Source: Planctomycetota bacterium (GTDB taxonomy: Bacteria; Planctomycetota; UBA1135; UBA2386). From it: DNA of 64,000 nucleotides. Below, one piece after another: positions 8,906 through 17,786 of this stretch. Both the position numbers and the translations under genes were made by a program. Below the pieces are notes generated by a model, which made no database searches, was not told the origin of the DNA, and saw nothing but the letters and a program-made list of their open reading frames with translations. The stretch spans positions 31,440-95,439 of the forward strand of contig JBKDXM010000136.1 of assembly GCA_046306335.1 (NCBI GenBank), given 5' to 3'. Position 1 is the first letter of the stretch. Every line of letters begins with the position of its first letter.

Positions 8906-10431
8906 CGGACCGTCTCCTGCGCCCATGGCACGACCGCGCGCAGGAAGGCGCGCGCGCGCGCTTCGGCCGCCGCCGGGGTCTCGTCCCTGCCAACCGCCGC
9001 CTCGACACGCAGCAGGAAGCCCGACATGTCCGCCCGCACCAGCGCGCGTGGCAGATGGTGCAAGGTGAAGTCCCAGTAGTCTCCTGCCGTCCAGTCGGCG
9101 GCGCCGTAGAGGCTCATCGTGACGTAGCGCCAGCCGTCGCCGCGACTCTGCGCCAGGATCCGGCCGACCGAGCAACCCGGGCCGAGCTCGGGGAACGGCA
9201 CCACGTCGTCCTGCAGGATGTCCATGTTGCTGCCTTCGATGCAGATGCGCGGCGGGTGCACGCTCTTCCAGTTGGCGTCGTGGAACAGCGCGATGAGCCA
9301 CACCGCGTGGCCTTCGGTGGCGCCGTCGGCGCCGTCGTACCGCCGCCAGTCGAAGTCGCCGGTGCCGAGCAGTTCGCGCCAGCGCGGCAAGCTCTTCTGG
9401 AACTGCGCCTCCTCCTCGGCAGTACGCCCCTGGTAGCGATACCCGGCGATCTCGGGCGGCAGGCGGGCGGCGCGGTCGGCCGACCGACCCATCGGCCGAT
9501 GCAGCGACAGCAGCAGCAACGGCACGGCCAGCAGCCAGAGCCGGTGGGGGGGGACCGGGAGCCGGCGCGGGGACGCGGCCGCCGCGAGCGCGCGCGGCGC
9601 CACGGCGGCGGCGCCGATGGCGCGGCGGAAGGCGAGCGCGTCGAGACCGACCAGCGCGCCGACCAGCGTCGCCCACTCGACGACGTTCGCCAGCGTGTGG
9701 CCGGCGCCTTCCGCGAACGGCACGCCCCGCCAGCGCGCGAACAGGCAGAGCACGGCGATGCGGGCGACGTTGGCGGCGATGGCCATCAGCGGTGCTGCGA
9801 CCAGCAAGGACACGCGGCGGCGCCAGCTCGGCGCGCCGAGGAAGAACGCGAGGCAGTACGCCAACGTCAGCATCGCCAGCAGCGAGCGCAGGCCGCTGCA
9901 GGCGTCGGCGACGTACAGCGCGCCGTCGACGCCGCGCGGTCGCAGCATGTCGCCGCTGCGCACGACGTCGGCGCCGGCGAGGTTCGCCAGCCACGATCCG
10001 CCGGCGACGGCGACTTCCTTCAGCGTGTAGGCGAGGCGGCCTTCGACGTACATCGGCAGCGGCACGCAGAACGCCGCGAGCCACAGCACGGGCCACAGGC
10101 CGCGCAGGCGCCCGCGGCCGAGCGCCAGCCACGCCGCGCCGGGCACGGCGAGCGCGAGGCTGGCGGCGGACCACGAGTCGACCATCAGCGCAGCGCCGGC
10201 GAGGTGCAGCAGCAACGCCGGCGCGAGCAGCAGCCAGCCCTTCGGGTCGACGACGCGCGGCCGCGGCGACCATTCGGCGCGCCGCGACCACAGCAGCCAC
10301 GCCGCGACCGGCGGCACCAGCCAGCAGTGCGCGAAGTACTCCGTCGGCGCGTTCCAGCGGTCGACGCACCAGACGAGCGCCGTCCAGTAGGCGAGCACGA
10401 GCGGCGCGAACACGGCCAGCGCGGGGGTCAT
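8902..10431 (-). CDS. Exosortase (EpsH family) with a fused C-terminal EpsI-like domain.
   Basis: 509 aa. The N-terminal half is multi-TM and contains the exosortase catalytic Cys region YVADACSGLRSLLAML and the NVARIAVL region. After one more TM helix comes a soluble ~200-aa EpsI-like domain (IAGYRYQGRTAEEEAQF...VWLIALFHDANWKSVHPPRICIEGS). ATGA overlaps occur at both ends. Confidence 0.85.
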   Translation of the reverse strand: MTPALAVFAPLVLAYWTALVWCVDRWNAPTEYFAHCWLVPPVAAWLLWSRRAEWSPRPRVVDPKGWLLLAPALLLHLAGAALMVDSWSAASLALAVPGAAWLALGRGRLRGLWPVLWLAAFCVPLPMYVEGRLAYTLKEVAVAGGSWLANLAGADVVRSGDMLRPRGVDGALYVADACSGLRSLLAMLTLAYCLAFFLGAPSWRRRVSLLVAAPLMAIAANVARIAVLCLFARWRGVPFAEGAGHTLANVVEWATLVGALVGLDALAFRRAIGAAAVAPRALAAAASPRRLPVPPHRLWLLAVPLLLLSLHRPMGRSADRAARLPPEIAGYRYQGRTAEEEAQFQKSLPRWRELLGTGDFDWRRYDGADGATEGHAVWLIALFHDANWKSVHPPRICIEGSNMDILQDDVVPFPELGPGCSVGRILAQSRGDGWRYVTMSLYGAADWTAGDYWDFTLHHLPRALVRADMSGFLLRVEAAVGRDETPAAAEARARAFLRAVVPWAQETVR

Positions 10432-11627
10432 GCGCCGCCTCCCCGCCGCAGGCCGGCGAACACCGCCAGCACGCGCCCGGCGTTGCCGTCCCAGGTCCAG
10501 CGCTGCGCGTGCAGCGCGGCGCGACCGCGGGCGCCGATCACCTGCGCCGCAGCGCGGTCGCCGACGAGGCGAGCGAGTTGCCGCGCGAGGTCGTCGGCGT
10601 CGCCGGGCCGGAACAGCAGGCCGGTGTCGCCGTGCGCGAGCGTCTCGCGCAGGTTCGGCTGATCGGGCGCGATCGTCGGCACGCCGGCGGCGAGCGAGTC
10701 GAACAGCTTGAGCGGCGACGCATAGGCGTTGATCGCCTGGATCAACGCGCCGTCGCACGCCAGCTCGTGCGCCGGCAGCAACGCCGGCGGCACCACGCCG
10801 AGCGCCAGCACGCGCTCGCCGAGGCCGCGGGCGGCCGCAGCCGCGCGCAGCGGCGCCAGCGCCGGTCCCTCGCCCATCAGCACGAGCGCGAGCGCGGCGA
10901 GTTCGGGCCGCGCCATCGCGTCGAGCACGAGCTCGAGCCGGTGCCATGGTCGCATGTAGCCGACGAAGCCGAGCGCGAACGCGCCCGCGGGCAGGACCCA
11001 GCGCGCGCGCACGGCCGCGGCCGCGGCCCTCGCGTCGGCGCCGTAGCGCGCGGGCTCGGCGCCGGTGCCGATCACGTGCACGCGTTCGCGTCGCGCGCCG
11101 AGGTCGACGTGCCTGTCGGCGAGCACCTGCGTCACGGCGAGCACCGCGTCGGCGCCGGCGAGCACGGTCCGCTCGGTCGCCCGGGCGCGCCGCGGGAACC
11201 GCAGTTGGCCGAGTCGCGCCATCTCGACCGTCATCGGCGAATTCACCTCCAGCAACAGCGGCACGCCGAGTTCGCGCGCGACGTCGAGGCCGGCGCGGCA
11301 ATGCAGCGCATGGCGTTCGTAGACGAAGTCCGGCCGCGAACGCGCGGCCGCGGCCCGCAGCATCGCCCGGCCGCGCCCGTTGTAGAGGATCTCCAAGGCC
11401 TCGACCGCCGCGCGCGGCAGCGACAGGCGCCGCCAGAAGGAGCCGGCCGGAGTTCGCGCCGGCGCGCCGCCGCCGCCGCTGGCCGCCGCGACCTTAGGCA
11501 CGAGGGCGCACTCGTCGACCGCGCAGCCGCGACCGCGCAGCGCGGCGATCAACTCGCGCACGTGCACCGCCTGGCCGTCGTCGGCGCGGATGCGGTGGTG
11601 GTACAGGACGCGCGGGGCCGAGCTCAT
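10428..11627 (-). CDS. Glycosyltransferase, GT4-like (GT-B fold).
   Basis: 399 aa. The N-terminus VLYHHRIRADDGQAVHVRELIAAL and the C-terminal nucleotide-sugar binding region (SPLKLFDSLAAGVPTIAPDQPNLRETLAHGDTGLLF) fit the family. It is translationally coupled to both neighbours. Confidence 0.85.
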   Translation of the reverse strand: MSSAPRVLYHHRIRADDGQAVHVRELIAALRGRGCAVDECALVPKVAAASGGGGAPARTPAGSFWRRLSLPRAAVEALEILYNGRGRAMLRAAAARSRPDFVYERHALHCRAGLDVARELGVPLLLEVNSPMTVEMARLGQLRFPRRARATERTVLAGADAVLAVTQVLADRHVDLGARRERVHVIGTGAEPARYGADARAAAAAVRARWVLPAGAFALGFVGYMRPWHRLELVLDAMARPELAALALVLMGEGPALAPLRAAAAARGLGERVLALGVVPPALLPAHELACDGALIQAINAYASPLKLFDSLAAGVPTIAPDQPNLRETLAHGDTGLLFRPGDADDLARQLARLVGDRAAAQVIGARGRAALHAQRWTWDGNAGRVLAVFAGLRRGGGA

Positions 11628-12796
11628 GCCGCCCCCCGCGCGAGCGCGTCGCGGAACACCGCGCACAAGCGTGCCACCGATGGTTCCCAGCCAAAGCGCT
11701 GCGCGTACGCGCGCACCGGCTGCGGCTCGCGCGGCCGCGCGGCGAACGCGGCGAACGCGGCGCCGAACGCGGCGGCGTCGCCGACCGGACACAACGCGCC
11801 GAGCCACGGCGGCGGCGCGGCGCCGAGGATCTCCGGCACGCCGCCGACCGGCGTCGACACGACCGGCAGGCCGCTCGCGAGGGCCTCGGTGACGACGTTG
11901 GGCCAGCCTTCGCGCTCGCTCGGCAGCGCCAGCACGTCGCACGCGCGGTACGCGATCGCCACCTGATCAGGCGGACGGTTGCCGAGGAAGATGGCGCCCG
12001 GCGCTGCCGCCGCGATCGCGGCGCGATCGGGGCCGTCGCCGACCAGCACGAGCCGCGCGTCCGGCGGCAGGGCCGCGAGGGCGCGCGCCGCCGTGGCGAA
12101 GCCCTTGTTGGCGACGAGCCGGCCGACGCCGAGCACCAGGAACCCCGCCGGCGGCAGGCCGAGCTGCGCGCGCGCCGCCGCCGCATCGCCGGGACGGAAG
12201 CGTTCGAGGTCGACGCCGTTGCGCACTTCCTCGACGCGCTCGCGCGGCAGGCCGACCGCATCGGCGAAGCGATCCGCGAGGTCGGCGCTGACGGCGAAGC
12301 AGCGGTGCGCTGCGGCCGCGGCCGCGGCGATGCGGGCGCGCAAGCCCGGCTGCAAGGCGAGCACGTTGACGTCGGTGCCGCGCGCCGTCAGCGTGAACGG
12401 CACGCCGAGTTCGCGGGCGAGGATCGCCGCGGCGACGCCATCGGGCCACAGGTAGTGCGCGTCCAGCACGATCGGCCCGCGCGCCGCGAGCGCGGCGACG
12501 GTGCGGCGGGCGCCGTCGGCCACCGCCTGCGCCTGCCGCCGCACGCAGCCGGGCCAGTGCCGCCAGCGCGGATGCGCGACCGCGACGCCGTGCCACGCTT
12601 CCTGCGGCGGCGTGCGTCGCCAGGCCTGCCACGCGGCGGTGCGCAGCGGCCAGACGACGTCGGGCACTGGCGCCACGACCTGCCACGGCAGGCCGCTGGC
12701 CGCGGCGACGCGCCGCATGCGGTCGTGCACGAACAGGCCGTGCGTCGGCATCACCGACGACGGGAACAGGCCGGTGAAGGTGACGATGCCGCTCAT
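11624..12796 (-). CDS. Glycosyltransferase family 4.
   Basis: 390 aa with the typical GT4 E-x7-E region (LPSEREGWPNVVTEALASGLPVVSTPVGGVPEIL). ATGA overlaps occur at both ends. Confidence 0.87.
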   Translation of the reverse strand: MSGIVTFTGLFPSSVMPTHGLFVHDRMRRVAAASGLPWQVVAPVPDVVWPLRTAAWQAWRRTPPQEAWHGVAVAHPRWRHWPGCVRRQAQAVADGARRTVAALAARGPIVLDAHYLWPDGVAAAILARELGVPFTLTARGTDVNVLALQPGLRARIAAAAAAAHRCFAVSADLADRFADAVGLPRERVEEVRNGVDLERFRPGDAAAARAQLGLPPAGFLVLGVGRLVANKGFATAARALAALPPDARLVLVGDGPDRAAIAAAAPGAIFLGNRPPDQVAIAYRACDVLALPSEREGWPNVVTEALASGLPVVSTPVGGVPEILGAAPPPWLGALCPVGDAAAFGAAFAAFAARPREPQPVRAYAQRFGWEPSVARLCAVFRDALARGAA

Positions 12797-14646
12797 GCGG
12801 CCCACCGCCGCAGGAAGCGCGCCAGCACGAGCACTGCCCACAGCATCTCGCCGTGGTCGCCGACGCCGGCGCGATGGCGCGCCAGCAGCCGCTCGACGGC
12901 GGCCGGTTCGATCCACTCGCGCAGCGGCGCGTCGTGCAACACCCCGGCCACCGCGTCGCCGACCGCGCCCTTGCACCAGGCGCGCAGCGGCACCGAGAAG
13001 CCCTGCTTCCGGCGTTGCAGCGCCGCAGGGGCCAAGCGCGACGCCAGCGCCGCGCGCAGGAACGCCTTGGTGCGGCCGCCCCGCAGGTGGCGGTCCGGCG
13101 GGATGCGCATCGCGTGCTGGAACAACCGGTGGTCGAGGAACGGCGCGCGCACCTCCAGCGCCACCGCCATCGAGGCGCGGTCCGCCTTGACCAGGATGTC
13201 GCCCGGCAGCCACGTCGCGAGGTCGGCGGCGACCGCCTTGTGCAGCGGATGGCGCGCCGGCGCCGACTCGTACGCGGCGACGACCGGCGCGTGCGGATCG
13301 CCGACCTCGGCGAGCCGGTCGCGGCGCAGCACGGCGAAGACCTCCTCGGGCAGGTGCGCGCTGACCGAGCGCGCGTAGGCGACCGCCGGCGGCGCGCCGA
13401 GGTCCTGCAGCGTGCGTTTGCCGCGCAGCCAGCGCGGCAGCCAGTCGGCCTTGGGGTACGCGGCCCCCAGCGCGCCCGCCAACCAACGCGGCACGAAGCG
13501 ACGCGCGCGGTGCTCGCCGAGGTCGAACAGGTAGCGGCGATAGCCGCCGAAGGCCTCGTCGCCGCCGTCGCCGGCGAGCGCGACGGTGACGTGGCGGCGG
13601 GCCAGCTTGCAGACGTGGTAGGTCGGCACCGCGCTGCTGTCGCTGAACGGCTCGTCGAACGTCTCGGCGAGCCAGTCGAGCTGCAGCAGCGCCTGCGGTT
13701 CGAGCACCTCCTCGATCAGGCGCGCGCCGCAGGCGGCCGCCGACGCGCGCGCGCCGTCGCGTTCGTCGAACGCCGGATCCGGGAAGCCGATCGTGCACGC
13801 GGTGACCGGACGACCCAGCAGACGGGTCATCGCGTCGACGATCGCGTAGCTGTCGACGCCGCCCGACAGGAAGGGCGCGAGCGGCACCTCCGCCATCAGG
13901 CGGCAGCGCACCGCCTCGTCGAGCAGCGCGAGCGTGCGCTCGGCGTGCTCGGCGTCGGGCCGGTCGTCGACTTCGTAGTCCAGTCGCCAGTACCTGCGCT
14001 CCGTCCAGCGGCCGTCGCGGTACAGCCGCCAGTGCGCCGGCGGCAGTTTGTGCACGCCTTCGAACACGGTCTCTGGCTCGGCGACGTAGCGCAGCGCCAG
14101 GAACTGGCCGATGGCCTGCGGCCGCAGCCGCCGCGGCACGCCGACCTCGTGCAGCGCCTTCAGCTCGCTGGCGAAGGCGAACACGCCATCGTGCTGCAAC
14201 CAGTGGAACGGCTTCTTGCCGAAGCGGTCGCGGGCGCAGTAGAGGGCGCCGGCCGGCACGTCGACGAGCGCGAAGGCGAACATGCCGAACAAGCGCGCGG
14301 CGAGGCCTTCGCCCCACGCGCGCCAGCCGTGCAGCAGCACCTCGGTGTCGCTGCGGGTCCGGAACACCGCGCCACCGGCGACGAGTTCGGCGCGCAACTC
14401 CTCGTGGTTGTAGATCTCGCCGTTGAAGACCACCCACAGCGAGCCGTCGGGCAGACCCATCGGCTGGCTGCCGCCGGCGAGGTCGATCACCGACAGGCGG
14501 TTGTGGGCCAGGGCGAACCCCGGACCGGCGTGCACGGACTCGCCGTCGGGTCCGCGGTGGCGCAACCGCGCCGCCATGCGGGCGGCGAGGCCGGCGTCGA
14601 CGGGCCGGGAACGGTCCACGGCGAACAGGCCGGCGATGCCGCACAT
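12793..14646 (-). CDS. Asparagine synthase (glutamine-hydrolysing) family amidotransferase, of the exosortase-locus type.
   Basis: 617 aa. It has the Ntn nucleophile start MCGIAG, the FNGEIYNH motif and the PP-loop SGGVDS. Its position inside an EPS operon matches the XrtA-associated amidotransferase. Confidence 0.92.
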   Translation of the reverse strand: MCGIAGLFAVDRSRPVDAGLAARMAARLRHRGPDGESVHAGPGFALAHNRLSVIDLAGGSQPMGLPDGSLWVVFNGEIYNHEELRAELVAGGAVFRTRSDTEVLLHGWRAWGEGLAARLFGMFAFALVDVPAGALYCARDRFGKKPFHWLQHDGVFAFASELKALHEVGVPRRLRPQAIGQFLALRYVAEPETVFEGVHKLPPAHWRLYRDGRWTERRYWRLDYEVDDRPDAEHAERTLALLDEAVRCRLMAEVPLAPFLSGGVDSYAIVDAMTRLLGRPVTACTIGFPDPAFDERDGARASAAACGARLIEEVLEPQALLQLDWLAETFDEPFSDSSAVPTYHVCKLARRHVTVALAGDGGDEAFGGYRRYLFDLGEHRARRFVPRWLAGALGAAYPKADWLPRWLRGKRTLQDLGAPPAVAYARSVSAHLPEEVFAVLRRDRLAEVGDPHAPVVAAYESAPARHPLHKAVAADLATWLPGDILVKADRASMAVALEVRAPFLDHRLFQHAMRIPPDRHLRGGRTKAFLRAALASRLAPAALQRRKQGFSVPLRAWCKGAVGDAVAGVLHDAPLREWIEPAAVERLLARHRAGVGDHGEMLWAVLVLARFLRRWAA

Positions 14647-16013
14647 CAGCGCCACCTCGTCGCCATGGTCACGGCGTGGCCGGCGCGGGCGAAGGTGCTG
14701 CGGGCGCGGCCCCAGCGCACGCTGACCCCGCGGGCGAAGCCGGCGCTGCGCGCGGCCGGCGCCGCGCGCAGTTCCGCGCCGACGATCAGCGTCAACGAGG
14801 TGACCAGCGCGAGCCAGTGGTAGATGAGGTCGAAGTGGCCCCGGTTGAGGAAGAACGCGCCCACCAGGAAGCCGACCGTCGTCGCCTCCATCATGCGCGC
14901 GTAGACCGACGCCCAGCCGAGGTCCGGACGCAGGACGGTGGCGCGGTGCACGCGGGCGCAGGCGAAGAAGACCGAAGCCAACAGCAGCAGGTAGACGACG
15001 AAGGCGATGCTGCCGCTCTCGGCCCAGATCTGCAGGTAGCTGTTGTGGGCGACGTAGGTTGTGCCATCCGGCGGCAGCGGCACCACCGAGTACTCCTTGT
15101 AGCGCGGCTGGAAGTTGCGCAGGCCGACGCCGAGCAGCGGATTGTCGCCGACCATGCGCATGGCCGTCGCCCACGCCGTCAACCGCGCGTTGGCCGACGC
15201 CTCCTTGCTGTCGCCGATCGACGACAGGCGCTCGATCACCGACTCCGGCGCCAGCAACAGGAAGGCGCCGGCGGCGGCGGCGAGGCCGAGGCCGGCGCGG
15301 ACGATCTGGCCGGAGCGCCACGCCATCCACAGCATCGTGGCGGTGAGCGCCAGGAAGGCGCCGCGGCTGTGCGTCAGCACGATCGTCACCACCGACAACA
15401 GCGCCGCCGCCATCGTGAGCCGCACCACCCACCGGCGGCCGTCCAGGCGGCCGAGGTACCACAGCAGCGGCAGGTTCATCACCATCGCCAGGGCGAAGTC
15501 GTTGTTGTCCTCCAGCATGCCGCCGGGCCCGCGCAGGATCGGACGGCCGCCGGCGAGGATGCCGAGCAGGCCGTTCTTCACGCCGAAGAACCCGAGCGAC
15601 ACGGCGATGGTCCACAGCAGCAGGCGCAGGCGTTCCCGGGTGTCCACCTGGGCGGTGGTGAACAGCGCGATCAGCACGATCTTGAGGAACTCGACGAAGT
15701 ACTGGTTGGTGTAGTCGTTCTGGTGCTCGGCGAAGGCGTAGCTGAGCGTCACCAGGAACGCCAAGGCCGTCATCAGCAGCGTGCGCGCGTCCCATCGGGC
15801 GAAGCGGCGCGCTCCCTGTTCGTTGGCCCACCAGCCGAGGAACATGGCGAAGCCGACGAAGAACGACATGCGCATGCTGCGGGCGAATCCCCAGCACAGG
15901 TCCTGCGGCCGCATGTAGGCGAGCCAGCTGAACAGCAGCAGGCCCACGAACGGTCGCCGGATGCTGCTCGGCAGCATCAGCATGACGATCGCGAAGACCA
16001 CCAGGTCGCGCAT
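14646..16013 (-). CDS. O-antigen ligase/polymerase-like (Wzy_C family) polytopic membrane protein.
   Basis: 455 aa with about 10-12 TM segments and the conserved loop THSRGAFLAL ... AHNSYLQIWAESG. Its stop overlaps the AsnB-like start by 1 nt (TGATG). Confidence 0.85.
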   Translation of the reverse strand: MRDLVVFAIVMLMLPSSIRRPFVGLLLFSWLAYMRPQDLCWGFARSMRMSFFVGFAMFLGWWANEQGARRFARWDARTLLMTALAFLVTLSYAFAEHQNDYTNQYFVEFLKIVLIALFTTAQVDTRERLRLLLWTIAVSLGFFGVKNGLLGILAGGRPILRGPGGMLEDNNDFALAMVMNLPLLWYLGRLDGRRWVVRLTMAAALLSVVTIVLTHSRGAFLALTATMLWMAWRSGQIVRAGLGLAAAAGAFLLLAPESVIERLSSIGDSKEASANARLTAWATAMRMVGDNPLLGVGLRNFQPRYKEYSVVPLPPDGTTYVAHNSYLQIWAESGSIAFVVYLLLLASVFFACARVHRATVLRPDLGWASVYARMMEATTVGFLVGAFFLNRGHFDLIYHWLALVTSLTLIVGAELRAAPAARSAGFARGVSVRWGRARSTFARAGHAVTMATRWR

Positions 16014-16024
16014 CGTCCCTCGGC

Positions 16025-17719
16025 TCAGTTCCCGAGCAGGAGCGTCAACAGGTCGCGGACGAAGCCGGGCAGCCGCGTCGGCGCGCGGTACCAGGTGACC
16101 ACGACGAGCACGACGAGCGCCATCAGCGCGAAGACGCCGAAGCCGGCGCGGCGGCGGCTGCGGTGCGCCACCGTCCGCTCGGCGTCCGTCTCCATGTGGC
16201 TCAGGCCGCCGAGCACCGGCAATCCGAGTCCGCGCTCGACCTCTTCCATGGTCTTGAACGTGCCCTGGAGCAGGTCCATCAGCAGGACCAGGCCGATCGC
16301 GATGCCGAGTCCGAGCACGGCACCGATCAACGAGACCACCAGGATGTTGGGATCCGTCGGCGTCGGCGGCGGCGTCGCGCGCTGCAGCGGCTGCACCGGC
16401 AGGCGCTGTTCCAGCTTGGCGAGGTACGTGCTCTGGTTCTGCGCCCACGTCGCCGCGTCGGACCGCTTCTGCTCGGCGGTCGCGACGTCCTTGCGCTTGC
16501 TCTCCAGCAACCGGAAACCCTCGGCGAAGTCCTCGATCTGCCGCGCCTCGGCGGCCAGTTCGGCGGTCACCCGCTGCAGTTCGCCGGCGGCGAGGCTGGC
16601 CGCCTTGATCGCGTCGGTGAGCCGGAGCGCGATGTCGCTGTGCGCGGGGTTGGGGATGGTGCCGTCGGCGTCGAGCGTGATGCCGAGCGCGGCGCACACG
16701 AGCAGAAGCAGCCGTTGGGTGTCGCGTTCGAGCCGGGCGCGCTCGCGGGTGCCGACCTTCCACGCCGCGATGCCCGCCTGCGCCACCTGCAATTGCGTCA
16801 GCAACGGCGCGATCTCGGGACGGCCCAGCGTCGCCGCGGTGAGCCCCTGGATCGCGCCCTTGGCGTTCTCCGGCGCGCTGGCCACGGCGGCGCGCAGCCG
16901 CGCCGCGTCGGCGACGCGGATGGTGTCCTGGATCGCGATGGCCGTAGGCTGCGTGCGCTCCGGCACCAGGGCCAGCTGCGCGCGCAACTGCTCGACCTCG
17001 GCGCCCCTCGCCTCGCATTCCTTCGCCAGATCGCGGCCGCGCTGGCGCAGTTCGAGGTGCGCCGCCTGCCGGAGACGGTGGTCGTCCTGCTGCGTGCGCG
17101 GGTCGAGGTCCGGTCGGATCCGGTAGCGAACCTCCAGCTCCTGCTTCTCGCGCAGGTACTGCTCGTACGTGCGGTCCCACTCGCTGAAGGCGGTGTTGGC
17201 GAGTTGCAGCTGCTCGGCGTGGGAGCTGCGCAGCTTGGCGACGCGACCGGCGATCCACGAGTCGACCAGGGCGTTGGCGAAGTCCGCCGCGCGCCGGCCG
17301 TCCGTGTCCCGGTACTCGACCCGGATCAGCGCGTACGTGCGCGTGCGGTCGCCGGCGTTCGAGTCCCAGACGCGCAACCGCGCGCGCACCTTGGCCTCCT
17401 CCTGCAGTCGCCGCGCCGGATCGGCCAACGCCGCCTCCGGCCACTTCAGCGCCGCCATCGCCTCGCCCACGGCGAGCTTGATCGTCTGTTCGGCGCTGTC
17501 GACGATGCGCGCGAAGGGGTTCTCGCCCTTGGTCATCTCCGAGGCGATCTCCTGGTGCTCGACGAGCGCCTCGGCGACGTAGTAGCGCGGGATCATGTAC
17601 GCGATCACGGCGCCGACCACGAGTCCGACGAGGACGATCGGGACGAGTTGCCAACGGCGGCGCCGGAGCAGGTCGACGTAGCGCTGCAGCGACAACTGCG
17701 GCAGGTCGATCTGCGTCAC
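16025..17719 (-). CDS. Polysaccharide chain-length determinant (Wzz/PCP, GumC/EpsF-like) without a tyrosine-kinase domain.
   Basis: 564 aa from GTG 17719. A Wzz-type N-terminus (LQRYVDLLRRRRWQLVPIVLVGLVVGAVIAYMIP) is followed by a long coiled-coil periplasmic region and a second TM (ILVVSLIGAVLGLGIAIGLVLL). Then comes a short EEVERGLGLPVLG stub and one extra TM. Confidence 0.8.
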   Translation of the reverse strand: MTQIDLPQLSLQRYVDLLRRRRWQLVPIVLVGLVVGAVIAYMIPRYYVAEALVEHQEIASEMTKGENPFARIVDSAEQTIKLAVGEAMAALKWPEAALADPARRLQEEAKVRARLRVWDSNAGDRTRTYALIRVEYRDTDGRRAADFANALVDSWIAGRVAKLRSSHAEQLQLANTAFSEWDRTYEQYLREKQELEVRYRIRPDLDPRTQQDDHRLRQAAHLELRQRGRDLAKECEARGAEVEQLRAQLALVPERTQPTAIAIQDTIRVADAARLRAAVASAPENAKGAIQGLTAATLGRPEIAPLLTQLQVAQAGIAAWKVGTRERARLERDTQRLLLLVCAALGITLDADGTIPNPAHSDIALRLTDAIKAASLAAGELQRVTAELAAEARQIEDFAEGFRLLESKRKDVATAEQKRSDAATWAQNQSTYLAKLEQRLPVQPLQRATPPPTPTDPNILVVSLIGAVLGLGIAIGLVLLMDLLQGTFKTMEEVERGLGLPVLGGLSHMETDAERTVAHRSRRRAGFGVFALMALVVLVVVTWYRAPTRLPGFVRDLLTLLLGN

Positions 17720-17786
17720 GACGACGCCTCCCGACGTCCGCCAGCGTCCTCGCCCCGCCCGCGCTGGATCGTCTGCGTGCGCATGC

